Positions 41,972 through 50,349 of a DNA stretch of 64,000 bases are shown here, one piece after another. How positions within the stretch are numbered: position 1 is the first letter of the stretch; the number at the start of each line of letters is the position of its first letter. The notes beneath the pieces were generated by a model. The model was not told where the DNA came from. It did no database searches and saw nothing but the letters and a program-made list of their open reading frames with translations. The position numbers were made by a program, and so were the translations under genes. Source of the DNA: an uncultured delta proteobacterium (GTDB lineage: Bacteria > Myxococcota_A > Polyangia > Fen-1088); the NCBI GenBank assembly GCA_963767925.1, contig CAVYGB010000008.1, positions 2,112,001 to 2,176,000 of the forward strand, given 5' to 3'.

Positions 41972-43564
41972 ATGGCGAATCACAGCGGCTCCATCTGGGA
42001 CGACGACAGCGGCGCCGCCGCGTCAGGCCACCGGCGGTTGCACGGAGAAACGCGGGCCGATGTGGCCATCATCGGGGGCGGAATCACCGGAGTGACGGCG
42101 GCCCTCCTGCTCGGGCGGGCCGGCAAGAAGGTCGCCCTCCTCGAGGCGCGCCAGATCGGGGCCGGCGAGACCGGCCGCACCACCGCCCACCTCACCTCCG
42201 CCATGGACCAGCGCTACCACAGCATCATGGGCAAATTCGGCACGGAGGGGGCGCGGGACGTCTTCCGGTCGCAGCAGGAGGCCATCGGGCGCATCGAGGC
42301 CTTCGTCAACGAGCTGCGGATCGACTGCGGCTTCGAGCGCCTGGCCGGCTACCTCTACACGGAGAGCGCCGGACAGATCAGGGAGATCGAGCAGGAGGCC
42401 GAGGCCTGCCAGGAGCTCGGGATCCCCGTCAGGCTCACCGACCGGATCCCCCTACCCTTTCCCGTGCAGGGGGCCCTGCGCTTCTCCGACCAGGCGCAGC
42501 TACACCCGCGCCGCTACCTGCTGGCCCTGGCCGACGCCTTCCTGGCCGACGGCGGCCGGATCTTCGAGGACAGCCCCGCGCTGGAGGTGGAGGAGGGAGA
42601 GCCCTGCCGGGTCGTGTCCGAGGACGGGGCGGTGATCGCCGACCACGTCCTGGTGGCGGCCCACGTGCCGATCTCGAACCGGGTGTTTCTCCACACGAAG
42701 ATCGCCGCCTACCGCTCCTACGTGGTGGCCGCACGCGGGCAGTCGCCCGGGCCGGCGGGCCTGTTCTGGGACACCGAGGACCCCTACCACTACCTGCGCA
42801 GCCACCGCACCCCAGACGGCCGGGATCTCCTGATCCTGGGGGGTGAAGACCACAAGGTGGGACAGGAGCCCGATCCCTCGGAGCGGTTCCAGCGCCTGGC
42901 CGGGTACCTGCGCGAGCGCTTCGGCACCAGCGCCATCGAGTACCAGTGGTCGGGCCAGATCATCGAGCCGGTGGATGGGCTCCCGTACATCGGGCGCAAC
43001 GCCCTGTCGAGCCGCATCTACGTCGCCACCGGCTACGCCGGGCAGGGCATGACCAGCGGCACGCTGGCGGCGATGATCCTGTGCGACGAGGTGATGGGCC
43101 AGCGCAACCCCTACGCCTCGCTCTACGACGCCACCCGCATCAAGCCCCTGGCCGCGGCCCGGGAGTTCGTCCGGGAGAACGTGGACTTCCCCACCCACCT
43201 GGTGGGAGATCGGCTGCGCCGGCACGACCACGCCGCGGCCAACCTGCCGGCCGGCGAGGGCGCCGTGTTGACCCTGGGGGGAGATCGGGTGGCGGTCTAT
43301 CGCAGCCCGGGCGGCGAGCTGATCGCCCTGTCGCCGGTGTGCACCCACCTCGGCTGCCTCGTCAACTGGAACGGGGCGGAGAAGAGCTGGGACTGCCCCT
43401 GCCACGGCAGCCGCTTCGATCCGCGCGGGGCGGTGCTCAACGGGCCCGCGGTGGTAGGGCTGGAGGCCCGGGAGCTGCCGCTCACCCCCGCGCGCAGCGA
43501 GTCCGAGGACGAGGCGGCCGAGGCGGAGGCGGCCTCCCTGGCCCCCCTGCCCGAGCCGGCCTGA
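41972..43564 (+). CDS. FAD-dependent oxidoreductase with C-terminal Rieske [2Fe-2S] domain (YhfW-like)
   Basis: IIGGGITG, GETGRTTAHL, WSGQ..EPVDGLPYIG, CTHLGC, CPCHGSRF. Confidence 0.92.
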   Translation: MANHSGSIWDDDSGAAASGHRRLHGETRADVAIIGGGITGVTAALLLGRAGKKVALLEARQIGAGETGRTTAHLTSAMDQRYHSIMGKFGTEGARDVFRSQQEAIGRIEAFVNELRIDCGFERLAGYLYTESAGQIREIEQEAEACQELGIPVRLTDRIPLPFPVQGALRFSDQAQLHPRRYLLALADAFLADGGRIFEDSPALEVEEGEPCRVVSEDGAVIADHVLVAAHVPISNRVFLHTKIAAYRSYVVAARGQSPGPAGLFWDTEDPYHYLRSHRTPDGRDLLILGGEDHKVGQEPDPSERFQRLAGYLRERFGTSAIEYQWSGQIIEPVDGLPYIGRNALSSRIYVATGYAGQGMTSGTLAAMILCDEVMGQRNPYASLYDATRIKPLAAAREFVRENVDFPTHLVGDRLRRHDHAAANLPAGEGAVLTLGGDRVAVYRSPGGELIALSPVCTHLGCLVNWNGAEKSWDCPCHGSRFDPRGAVLNGPAVVGLEARELPLTPARSESEDEAAEAEAASLAPLPEPA

Positions 43565-43577
43565 GGGGAAGCGATCC

Positions 43578-45233
43578 TCAGGGGCAGAACCAGATCCCGT
43601 AGTCCTCGCCGCGGCAGGTGAAGGTGCTGGTGGGGTCGTCGTAGGCGTAGGAATAGGCGGTCGGGCAGGCCGACTTGAACGCGCGCGAGAACAGCGACGG
43701 CCCGCAGGTCTCGGGGGTGGCGTTGGCCCCCTTGCAGCAGAGCGCGTCGGTGCCGAACCGCTCGCAAGCGCTCAGGCAGCCAACCGTGCGGCCACCCTGG
43801 ACCACGCGCAGCTCGGGCGGGCAGGTCGCGTTCAGATCCGAGACGCAGGTGGGCGCCAGGCAGTCGTAGGCCCCACCCTGACTGCGCTGGAAGCTGCCCG
43901 GCAGGGGCGCCATCGCTATCGGCAGGTTGTAGCCGTCGACCAGGCTGATGTCGTAGAAGTCGGGCCCGGTTCCCGGGGCCGCCCAGGTGATCTCGGCGAG
44001 CGTGGCCGGCGTCTTGCCGCCGACCGGACCGCAGCCGAGGCGGCCGGCGCAATCGCCGGTCGCACACTGGCCGGTGGCCCCGTTGAAGCTGCAGCCGGTG
44101 CGACCCCAGAAGCGGCCGGACCAGAGCCCGCCCGGGACGCGGACGGTGCGGATCTGTCCGGCGTCGAGCTGGAAGCCACCGCCATCGGGGACCGCCATCT
44201 GCGACTGGATGGCCACCCAGACGGTCTCCTGGCACCGATTGATGAAGACCACCTGGCGCTGGTCGTCCCGCCGCCCCATCGGCGCGGGCGGGGGATCGGT
44301 CCCCTCGCTGTCCCAGACGATGCCGTCGACGTAGAAGGTCACCGGACGGCCCGTCTCCTTGTAGGTCCAGGCGAAGCCGCCGATCAGGGTGCCACCGGTG
44401 TCGCCCCCCGCGAGGTTCATCGAGATCTGCCGCCACTCGGGGGTGAGGATCTCGGTGTGCTCGGGCAACACGATGCTGTCGCGGTCGGTGCCGGCCCGGA
44501 AGCTCACCCGCGCCCCGCTCCCGCCGGAGGCGGCGTGGAAGGTGACCCGCCGGGCCCCCGGGGCCACCGGCAGCCCGGGCTCGAGGCCCCAGTTGGGATC
44601 GCCGGCCTGGGCGGGCGGCATCGCCTCGGGGTGAGACCTGCGCAGGGTCGGCAACAGGTAGATCCCGACGAAGGCGCCCAGCGCGGGCGGCGCGAACCCG
44701 GGAGGCGGCGTGTAGGTGAACTGCAGGCAGGCGCCGCGGGCCCCCGCCGGGCGGGCGGCGCACGGGCCGGTCGTGCTGACGGCCTCCTCGATGACCATCG
44801 AGCCCGCCTGGAAGTGGCGGGAGATCGTCCCGTCGCCGAACCATCCCCGGTTGGTGAAGTGATCGGTGACGACCAGGGGCAAGGGGATGGGCGCACCGGG
44901 GGCCGGCGGCAGCGCGCTCGGCCCGTCCGCGGCGCCCGCGTCGCCGGGCACCGGGCTGCCTGCGCCGGAGCCGCCGCTCCCGGGCTGACCGGATCCGCCA
45001 CCCGTCGCGAGCGGACCACCGGTCCCGGCGGCGGGGCCGGGGCTTCCGCCCGCGCCAGCAAGTCCGCTGCCCGCGCCGCCGCTGCCGCCCGCGCCGGGAG
45101 CAGGCGGGTCGGCCGGGCGGTTCGGTGCACAGGCCAGGGCCGTGCCCAGCAGCGAGACGATCAGCGGCAGCCGGCCGCGCGCGAGGAGGAGGCGGGAAGA
45201 GCCCGCGGTCAACGGAGCCGAGGTCATGCCCAT
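43578..45233 (-). CDS. Thaumatin/PR-5-like (GH152-type) lipoprotein with N-terminal beta-sandwich domain
   Basis: Lipobox ALAC, Gly-rich linker; WSGRFWGRTGC, CATGDC, TLAE, DFYDISLVDGYNLP, FKSACPTAYSYAYDD..STFTC..Y.I.FCP; 16 Cys in the domain. Confidence 0.9.
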   Translation of the reverse strand: MGMTSAPLTAGSSRLLLARGRLPLIVSLLGTALACAPNRPADPPAPGAGGSGGAGSGLAGAGGSPGPAAGTGGPLATGGGSGQPGSGGSGAGSPVPGDAGAADGPSALPPAPGAPIPLPLVVTDHFTNRGWFGDGTISRHFQAGSMVIEEAVSTTGPCAARPAGARGACLQFTYTPPPGFAPPALGAFVGIYLLPTLRRSHPEAMPPAQAGDPNWGLEPGLPVAPGARRVTFHAASGGSGARVSFRAGTDRDSIVLPEHTEILTPEWRQISMNLAGGDTGGTLIGGFAWTYKETGRPVTFYVDGIVWDSEGTDPPPAPMGRRDDQRQVVFINRCQETVWVAIQSQMAVPDGGGFQLDAGQIRTVRVPGGLWSGRFWGRTGCSFNGATGQCATGDCAGRLGCGPVGGKTPATLAEITWAAPGTGPDFYDISLVDGYNLPIAMAPLPGSFQRSQGGAYDCLAPTCVSDLNATCPPELRVVQGGRTVGCLSACERFGTDALCCKGANATPETCGPSLFSRAFKSACPTAYSYAYDDPTSTFTCRGEDYGIWFCP

Positions 45234-45236
45234 GTA

Positions 45237-45262
45237 GAGGAGACCTCCCGGGCCGAACTTCC
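45237..45262 (-). promoter_or_regulatory. Candidate ECF promoter (thaumatin gene)
   Basis: GGAAG-TTCGGCCCGGGAGGTCT(17)-CCTC. Confidence 0.6.
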
Positions 45263-45272
45263 CGCGCGCCGG

Positions 45273-46967
45273 TCAGTCCGGTGTGGCCAGGCAGCGTCCG
45301 GACTGGCAGGTCGCGCCGGGGCCACACGACTGCGAGCTGCACGGCACCAGCGCGCTCCAGGTGGCCAGCAGGTTCTTCTGTCTGATGTCCTGGAAGGGCA
45401 GCCAGATCGGAGGGGTGGAGGGATCCGGATTGACGGGCAGCCGGCTCAGATCGATGGCGGTCATCCAGAGCTGCTGAAACCCGCCCTCGGCCGCGCCGGC
45501 GTTGCGCCGGAGCAGCCCGTAGTCCATCAGCGAGTGGAAGGTGACGAACAGGAGCTGGCAATCCTGCTGGCCGGTGGGGGCAAAGCGGGGAAAATTCGTG
45601 CCCGCCCCCACCGGGGAGGCGCGCCCCAGGTCGAGGATCGCGCCGCCCTCCCGCCGGACCAGGCGCAGGCGGGTGTTCCGGTTCCGGTAGCTCTCGCCAC
45701 CGACCGGCGAAGAGACGAATACGATCCACCGTCCGTCGGGCGACCAGGAAGGATGGGCGTGCACCTGCAGGGGCTCGTCCACGACGACCTCGGGCGCGCC
45801 GAACCTCCCCTGCGCGTACGGCATCACCACCAGGTGGCCGTCGAAGGCCGAATATTGCTTCGCCGGCTGGATGCCGCCGCGCGCGCGGGTGGCGACGATC
45901 TCCGCGCCGCCGGGGGACCACTGGGGAAAATCGATGCGCCCCTGCGTCTCGTCGATGCCGGCCTCCCAAAGGCGCGTGCCGGCGGCGTCGTAGAGCGCGA
46001 GGTCGCCGCGGACGCCATCGCGAGCCAGGATGCGGGTGCCGTCCGGGCTCACCGCGGGGGCCACCGCGTCGGCCCGATCGGGGGACGGCGGCGGCGGCGG
46101 ATTCACCGTAGGATGGTCGAGATCGCCGGTGCGGGAGACGGTGAGGTTGCCCGCGTAGGTGGCGGCGAACGCCAGGGTGGTGCCGTCGCGGCTGACCGAG
46201 TGGCAGCCGCCGCAGCCGGAGGTGTTGCGGGCCGTCGCGGGCGCCACCATGGCCTCCGCCCGGGCCGCTCCGAAGACGTGGCGGTGGATGCCGGCGCTGA
46301 TCGGCTCGGTCCCGAGATAGTAGAGCCCCCCCTCGATGGCAGCGGGCGAAAACCGGATCGAGATCGGGTCGGAGGTGGCCACCCCCGCGGCGGGATCGTG
46401 GGCGGCGACCCGGAGCCGGACCTCCTTGCCCGCGTTGCGCTGAGCGACGTAGCGCCAGACCGGCGCCGGCACCGCAAAGCTGGCGTCGAGCTCCTGGGCC
46501 ATGGTCGCCCCCGCCGGCTCGGCGTACGGCACGTACAGCTCGATCGGCACCTCACCGGGATCGACCGGCGCGATCTCGATCCGGAAGGTGCCCTGACCCG
46601 GGCTGCCGCGCCGCCACTGCAAGGTGATGTGCGAGAGGTTCCGCGGGTGGACCGAGTCGGCGGGCGGGTAGACGATGGCCGGACGCCGCAGCGGATCGGG
46701 ATCGACGGTGGCCCCCTCGAACAGCGCGGGCTCCGCCGGGGCCACGCTCAGGCAGCGATCGCGGTTCCCGCAGGTCCAGGCCGGCGCCGGGACCACCTGG
46801 GGCGGCGTGGTGGCGGGGCAGCCCGCGGCCGCCGCTGGCCCGGGCGTGTCCGGGGAGGCGCCCGCGTCGGCGCGGGGCGGAACGGTCGAGATGGATCCGT
46901 CGCCCAGCCGCCCGATGGGCTCGCTCCGGCGCGCACAGGCCACCGCCCCCAGCAGCGCCAGCCCCAC
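45273..46967 (-). CDS. TolB-like/PD40 beta-propeller lipoprotein
   Basis: Lipobox AVAC; CGGCHSVSRDG; PAVSPDG, PQWSPGG, HPSWSPDGRWIVF; QLWMTAID..DPS.PP.WLPFQ. Confidence 0.75.
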   Translation of the reverse strand: MGLALLGAVACARRSEPIGRLGDGSISTVPPRADAGASPDTPGPAAAAGCPATTPPQVVPAPAWTCGNRDRCLSVAPAEPALFEGATVDPDPLRRPAIVYPPADSVHPRNLSHITLQWRRGSPGQGTFRIEIAPVDPGEVPIELYVPYAEPAGATMAQELDASFAVPAPVWRYVAQRNAGKEVRLRVAAHDPAAGVATSDPISIRFSPAAIEGGLYYLGTEPISAGIHRHVFGAARAEAMVAPATARNTSGCGGCHSVSRDGTTLAFAATYAGNLTVSRTGDLDHPTVNPPPPPSPDRADAVAPAVSPDGTRILARDGVRGDLALYDAAGTRLWEAGIDETQGRIDFPQWSPGGAEIVATRARGGIQPAKQYSAFDGHLVVMPYAQGRFGAPEVVVDEPLQVHAHPSWSPDGRWIVFVSSPVGGESYRNRNTRLRLVRREGGAILDLGRASPVGAGTNFPRFAPTGQQDCQLLFVTFHSLMDYGLLRRNAGAAEGGFQQLWMTAIDLSRLPVNPDPSTPPIWLPFQDIRQKNLLATWSALVPCSSQSCGPGATCQSGRCLATPD

Positions 46968-46990
46968 CGAGAAAAAGCGCCGGTCCGGCG

Positions 46991-48400
46991 TCAGGGCCTC
47001 CTCGGGCTGGCGGGCGCGCGCAGGCGCTGCTGCGCCTCGACCGCGTGGCGGCCCAGGGGGAAGCGGCCCAGGTAGGCCTTCATCGCGGCCGCCTGACTAT
47101 CTCCCTGTCGGTCCAGGCAGTCGGCCCGGTAAAACAGGGCGTCGTCGGCGTCGGCGCTGATGGGCGGGCCCTGCAGCGCCAGATCGTAGAAGCCGAGGGC
47201 CGCCGGGCAGTCCCCGGCATGGCGCGACAGATCACCGGCCACCCGGGCGATCTCGACCCGCCGCTCGCTGTCGGTGTGGCGCTGGAGGAAGGCCCGGGCC
47301 GCCTGCAAGGCCAGGCCCGCGTCGTCGAGCCCGGTGAGGGCCTCGATCCGCCACAGATCCGCCTCCGCCCGCAGGAGGCCCTCGGGATACCGCTCGCTGT
47401 AGCGCTGCCAGCTCCGGGCGGCGCGCCCCAGATCACCCAGCTCGCGGTGCTCGATCTCGGCGATACTGAACAGCGCCAGCTCCGCCGCCGGCCCACCCGC
47501 CTCGACCATCTTCTGGTAGCGGGCGATGGCCCTGACCGGATCGGCCGGACGGTCCAGGCTCACCCGAGCGAGGGCGCGGGCCGCGGCGGGATGGGCCGGC
47601 CGGGCCTGCGCCAGCTTGCGGAGGGCGGGCCGGGATGTCGGCCGCACCGCCCGGCGGGGTGGCGGGGGGCGCACGGCCGGTGGCCCGGCGGCCGGCTCGC
47701 TCGACCAGCTCGCCCCGGCAGGCAGCCGCTGCACGAGCCGATCCGAGGCGACCTCGTGGACCTCGACGGTGCCGCTCGCGACCGCCACCGAGACGCCCGC
47801 CTCCTCGACCGCCACGTCGAACACGGTCCCCAGCACCACCACCCGGAAGGCCCCCGCCCGGACGCTGAAGCGCTGGCCGGGGGGCTGATGGGGGACCGAG
47901 AAGCGCACCCGTCCCACCTTCACCTCGGGCGGCGACCCGTCCTCCCCTGGCACCAGCGCCGTGCGCGGCAGGAGCTCGGCGTCCACCCCCCGGGCCAGGC
48001 GGTGGCGCACCCGCTCGCCGGGCCCGGTGCTCAGGGCGGCGGGCGGCGCGGGCAAGGGGATCACCTCGGGCGCCAGCCGCGGGCCGGCCGCCGCCGGCTG
48101 GGCGGCGGGCGCCGTGGCCAGGGATCGGTCGCGGAGCAGGTTCGCGCTGCCAAGGACGGTCACGGTGGCGGCGAGCGCCACGCCGGCGCCGACGAGCAGG
48201 GGCGTCAGCCAGCCGCCGCCCCAGCGCGGGCTGGCCAGCCTGCCCGAGCGATCCCACCAGGGCGCCTGGACCCGGGGCCAGACCCGCTGCCGGGCGAAGG
48301 CCTCGTCGCCCGGTCCCGGCGACGCGTCGTCCAGGGCCTGGCGGAGCGCGCGGGCCCCCGGATCGGCGGTCTCTTCCAGCCAGCGCTTCGCCCCGCTCAT
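46991..48400 (-). CDS. FecR-domain/TPR anti-sigma factor
   Basis: Single TM helix; GRVRFSV..FSVRAG...V.VLGTVFDV..VSVAVASGTVEV; C-terminal TPR (Y.ERYPEG, YLGRFP.G.H); ATGA overlap with sigma. Confidence 0.85.
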   Translation of the reverse strand: MSGAKRWLEETADPGARALRQALDDASPGPGDEAFARQRVWPRVQAPWWDRSGRLASPRWGGGWLTPLLVGAGVALAATVTVLGSANLLRDRSLATAPAAQPAAAGPRLAPEVIPLPAPPAALSTGPGERVRHRLARGVDAELLPRTALVPGEDGSPPEVKVGRVRFSVPHQPPGQRFSVRAGAFRVVVLGTVFDVAVEEAGVSVAVASGTVEVHEVASDRLVQRLPAGASWSSEPAAGPPAVRPPPPRRAVRPTSRPALRKLAQARPAHPAAARALARVSLDRPADPVRAIARYQKMVEAGGPAAELALFSIAEIEHRELGDLGRAARSWQRYSERYPEGLLRAEADLWRIEALTGLDDAGLALQAARAFLQRHTDSERRVEIARVAGDLSRHAGDCPAALGFYDLALQGPPISADADDALFYRADCLDRQGDSQAAAMKAYLGRFPLGRHAVEAQQRLRAPASPRRP

Positions 48401-49071
48401 CCCTGCCCCTCCTTGGCCATCTCCTCGAGCTGGGTCCGCGCCCGGTGGATGCGGGTCCAGACCGTGTTGACCGCGCAGCCACAGACCTCGGCGATCTCCT
48501 GGACCGGGCGCCCCTCGATCTCGAACATCACCAGCGCCAGCCGGCGCTCCGGCGGCAGCCGGCCGAGGAGCTGGGCCATGTACTGGCGGCGGGCCGCCTC
48601 GTTCTCCCCCCAGTCGCGCGGCAAGGTCGGGGTCAGCTCCCGCTTCCACAGGTCGAGCAGGGCGCGCTTGAGCCGCCTCCGCTTCGCGTAGCGGATCGCC
48701 TCCCGGGTCGACAGGCGGTGGATCCAGGTGGCCAGGCGGGCCTCGCCCCGGAAGGACCCGAGGTGGCGATACACGATGATGAAGATCTCCTGGCAGAGAT
48801 CGTCGGCCTCCCCGTCGACGATGCCGAGCGCATGGACCAGCCGGGCCACCTTGCCGAAGTGACGGTCGTAGAGGGTGCGCCAGGCGGCCGGGTCACGCAG
48901 CAGACAGCGGCGCACGAGCTCGTGCTCGTCCGCCACGGTCAGCTCGCTCGAAGGGGAGATAGGCCTCGGCATGCGGGTGGCGGTGTCGGCGCCCGCGGGG
49001 TCGAGCGAAGCTCCGTCCTGCCGTTCCGGGGGCCGTGACGGCCGCGAGCTGCGCAACATGGGCAAGTTCAC
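48397..49071 (-). CDS. ECF RNA polymerase sigma factor
   Basis: AWRTLYDRH, DDLCQEIF, FRGEARLATWIHR, LPPERR.ALVMFEIEG...EIAE..NTVWTRIHRAR. Confidence 0.93.
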   Translation of the reverse strand: MNLPMLRSSRPSRPPERQDGASLDPAGADTATRMPRPISPSSELTVADEHELVRRCLLRDPAAWRTLYDRHFGKVARLVHALGIVDGEADDLCQEIFIIVYRHLGSFRGEARLATWIHRLSTREAIRYAKRRRLKRALLDLWKRELTPTLPRDWGENEAARRQYMAQLLGRLPPERRLALVMFEIEGRPVQEIAEVCGCAVNTVWTRIHRARTQLEEMAKEGQG

Positions 49072-49084
49072 CGCCGCCCCTATG

Positions 49085-49110
49085 GAGGGGTGAGGCCGCT
49101 CAATTCTTCC
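49085..49110 (-). promoter_or_regulatory. Candidate ECF autoregulatory promoter
   Basis: GGAAG-AATTGAGCGGCCTCACC(17)-CCTC just upstream of the sigma start. Confidence 0.6.
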
Positions 49111-50248
49111 ACAGGGTCAGCCCGGTCTCGATGACGACCCTCAGATGGGCGGTGGGGGTCCGGAAGACCGGCGTCTCCAGGCCCGCGTCAAAGTCGCGCG
49201 GGGCCAGGGAGAAGCCGCCCCAGAGGGACCCGCGCACGAACAGCCGCCGGCCCGCGGCGCGATAGGCCAGCCCGAGCGCTGCGGACGGCTCGACGCGCAC
49301 CCCCCCCTGCGCGTCGACCAAACCGCGCGCCTGGAAGGCGAGCAGATCGACGTCGAGCCCCACCGCCGGCGCGATCACGCCGCCCAGCAGCGGCAGCGGG
49401 AACCCCAGCGCGGCCCGCAGGGGAAAGGCCCGCACGCGCAGGTCGGCCGACCCGCCCGAGCCGGGCACCTCGCGCGCGGTCTCGGAGGTGACGCCGCCCG
49501 CGAGCTCGACGCCCAGCCAGCCGCGCTCGCCCTGCAGGCCGACGAGCAGCTCGGTGCGCGCGCCGCCCGCCAGCCCGATTCGCGCGCCCCCGCCGGCGCC
49601 GAGGAAGAGGGCCAACCGCGGCCGGGCAGCGGGGACCGCGGCGATCGTGGCGGCGCTGGCGGCGCTGGCGGCCGGGAGCGGGTCGCCGGAGAGGGCCAGG
49701 CGATCGACGAGGGAGGGCGTCTCGCTCCGGGTAGTCGAGGTGGCGGGCGCCGGAGCAGCAGCATCGGTCGGGGCGGCAGGGGGACCGGCCGGCGGGGTCG
49801 CTTCGGCCGCAGGAGCGGGTGCCGGCTCGTCGGGCGGCCGCACCGGCCTGGGCGAGCGGTAGCCGATCTCTCTCAGGAAGCGCACCACAACGAGGGCTGC
49901 TGCTTCCGCGATCGCCTGGCACCCCTCGGGAGACCGCGCCGGGCCATGGGAAGCGCCGGGCACGGTGAGCCGCCGCTCCAGCACGGACCCGCCGCCCACT
50001 TCGCGCAAGCGTAGCAAGCGAACCTCGGCCGTCGCGCCCCGGTCGATCTCCAGGCGATAGCGAGGGCCGGACCGCGGCCCGGCTCGGGCGCGCGTGACGC
50101 CGGGCAGCCGCGCCTCCAGCCCCGACGACACCTGGCCGGCAGCGGGGCAGCCTCCCGCGGGAGCCTCCACCGAGATCGACGCCTCCGCGCCCAGCGCCGG
50201 GCCAGGCAGCAGAACGAGGGCGATCAGGGCCCGGAGACAGCCACGCAC
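49100..50248 (-). CDS. Hypothetical exported protein of the ECF cassette; C-terminal small beta-barrel-like region
   Basis: Signal peptide; CP...C pair; Pro/Ala linker; alternating amphipathic strands ending ETGLTLWKN. Confidence 0.65.
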   Translation of the reverse strand: MRGCLRALIALVLLPGPALGAEASISVEAPAGGCPAAGQVSSGLEARLPGVTRARAGPRSGPRYRLEIDRGATAEVRLLRLREVGGGSVLERRLTVPGASHGPARSPEGCQAIAEAAALVVVRFLREIGYRSPRPVRPPDEPAPAPAAEATPPAGPPAAPTDAAAPAPATSTTRSETPSLVDRLALSGDPLPAASAASAATIAAVPAARPRLALFLGAGGGARIGLAGGARTELLVGLQGERGWLGVELAGGVTSETAREVPGSGGSADLRVRAFPLRAALGFPLPLLGGVIAPAVGLDVDLLAFQARGLVDAQGGVRVEPSAALGLAYRAAGRRLFVRGSLWGGFSLAPRDFDAGLETPVFRTPTAHLRVVIETGLTLWKN

Positions 50249-50307
50249 GGCCGCCAGTATGCCGCTGCCCGGGCCTCGCCGCCTGCCCCACCGCGGCGGT
50301 CGAGGTG

Positions 50308-50333
50308 GGAAGAATGCCGACCCCGCCCTCCTC
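50308..50333 (+). promoter_or_regulatory. Candidate ECF promoter (phosphorylase operon)
   Basis: GGAAG-AATGCCGACCCCGCCCT(17)-CCTC. Confidence 0.6.
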
Positions 50334-50349
50334 CTAGCTTCGGATCGTG

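Noticed and set aside
46195..46215. CGGCH in the TolB-like lipoprotein as a heme c site
   Set aside because: Single motif inside a propeller blade with no cytochrome context; cannot be supported from sequence alone.
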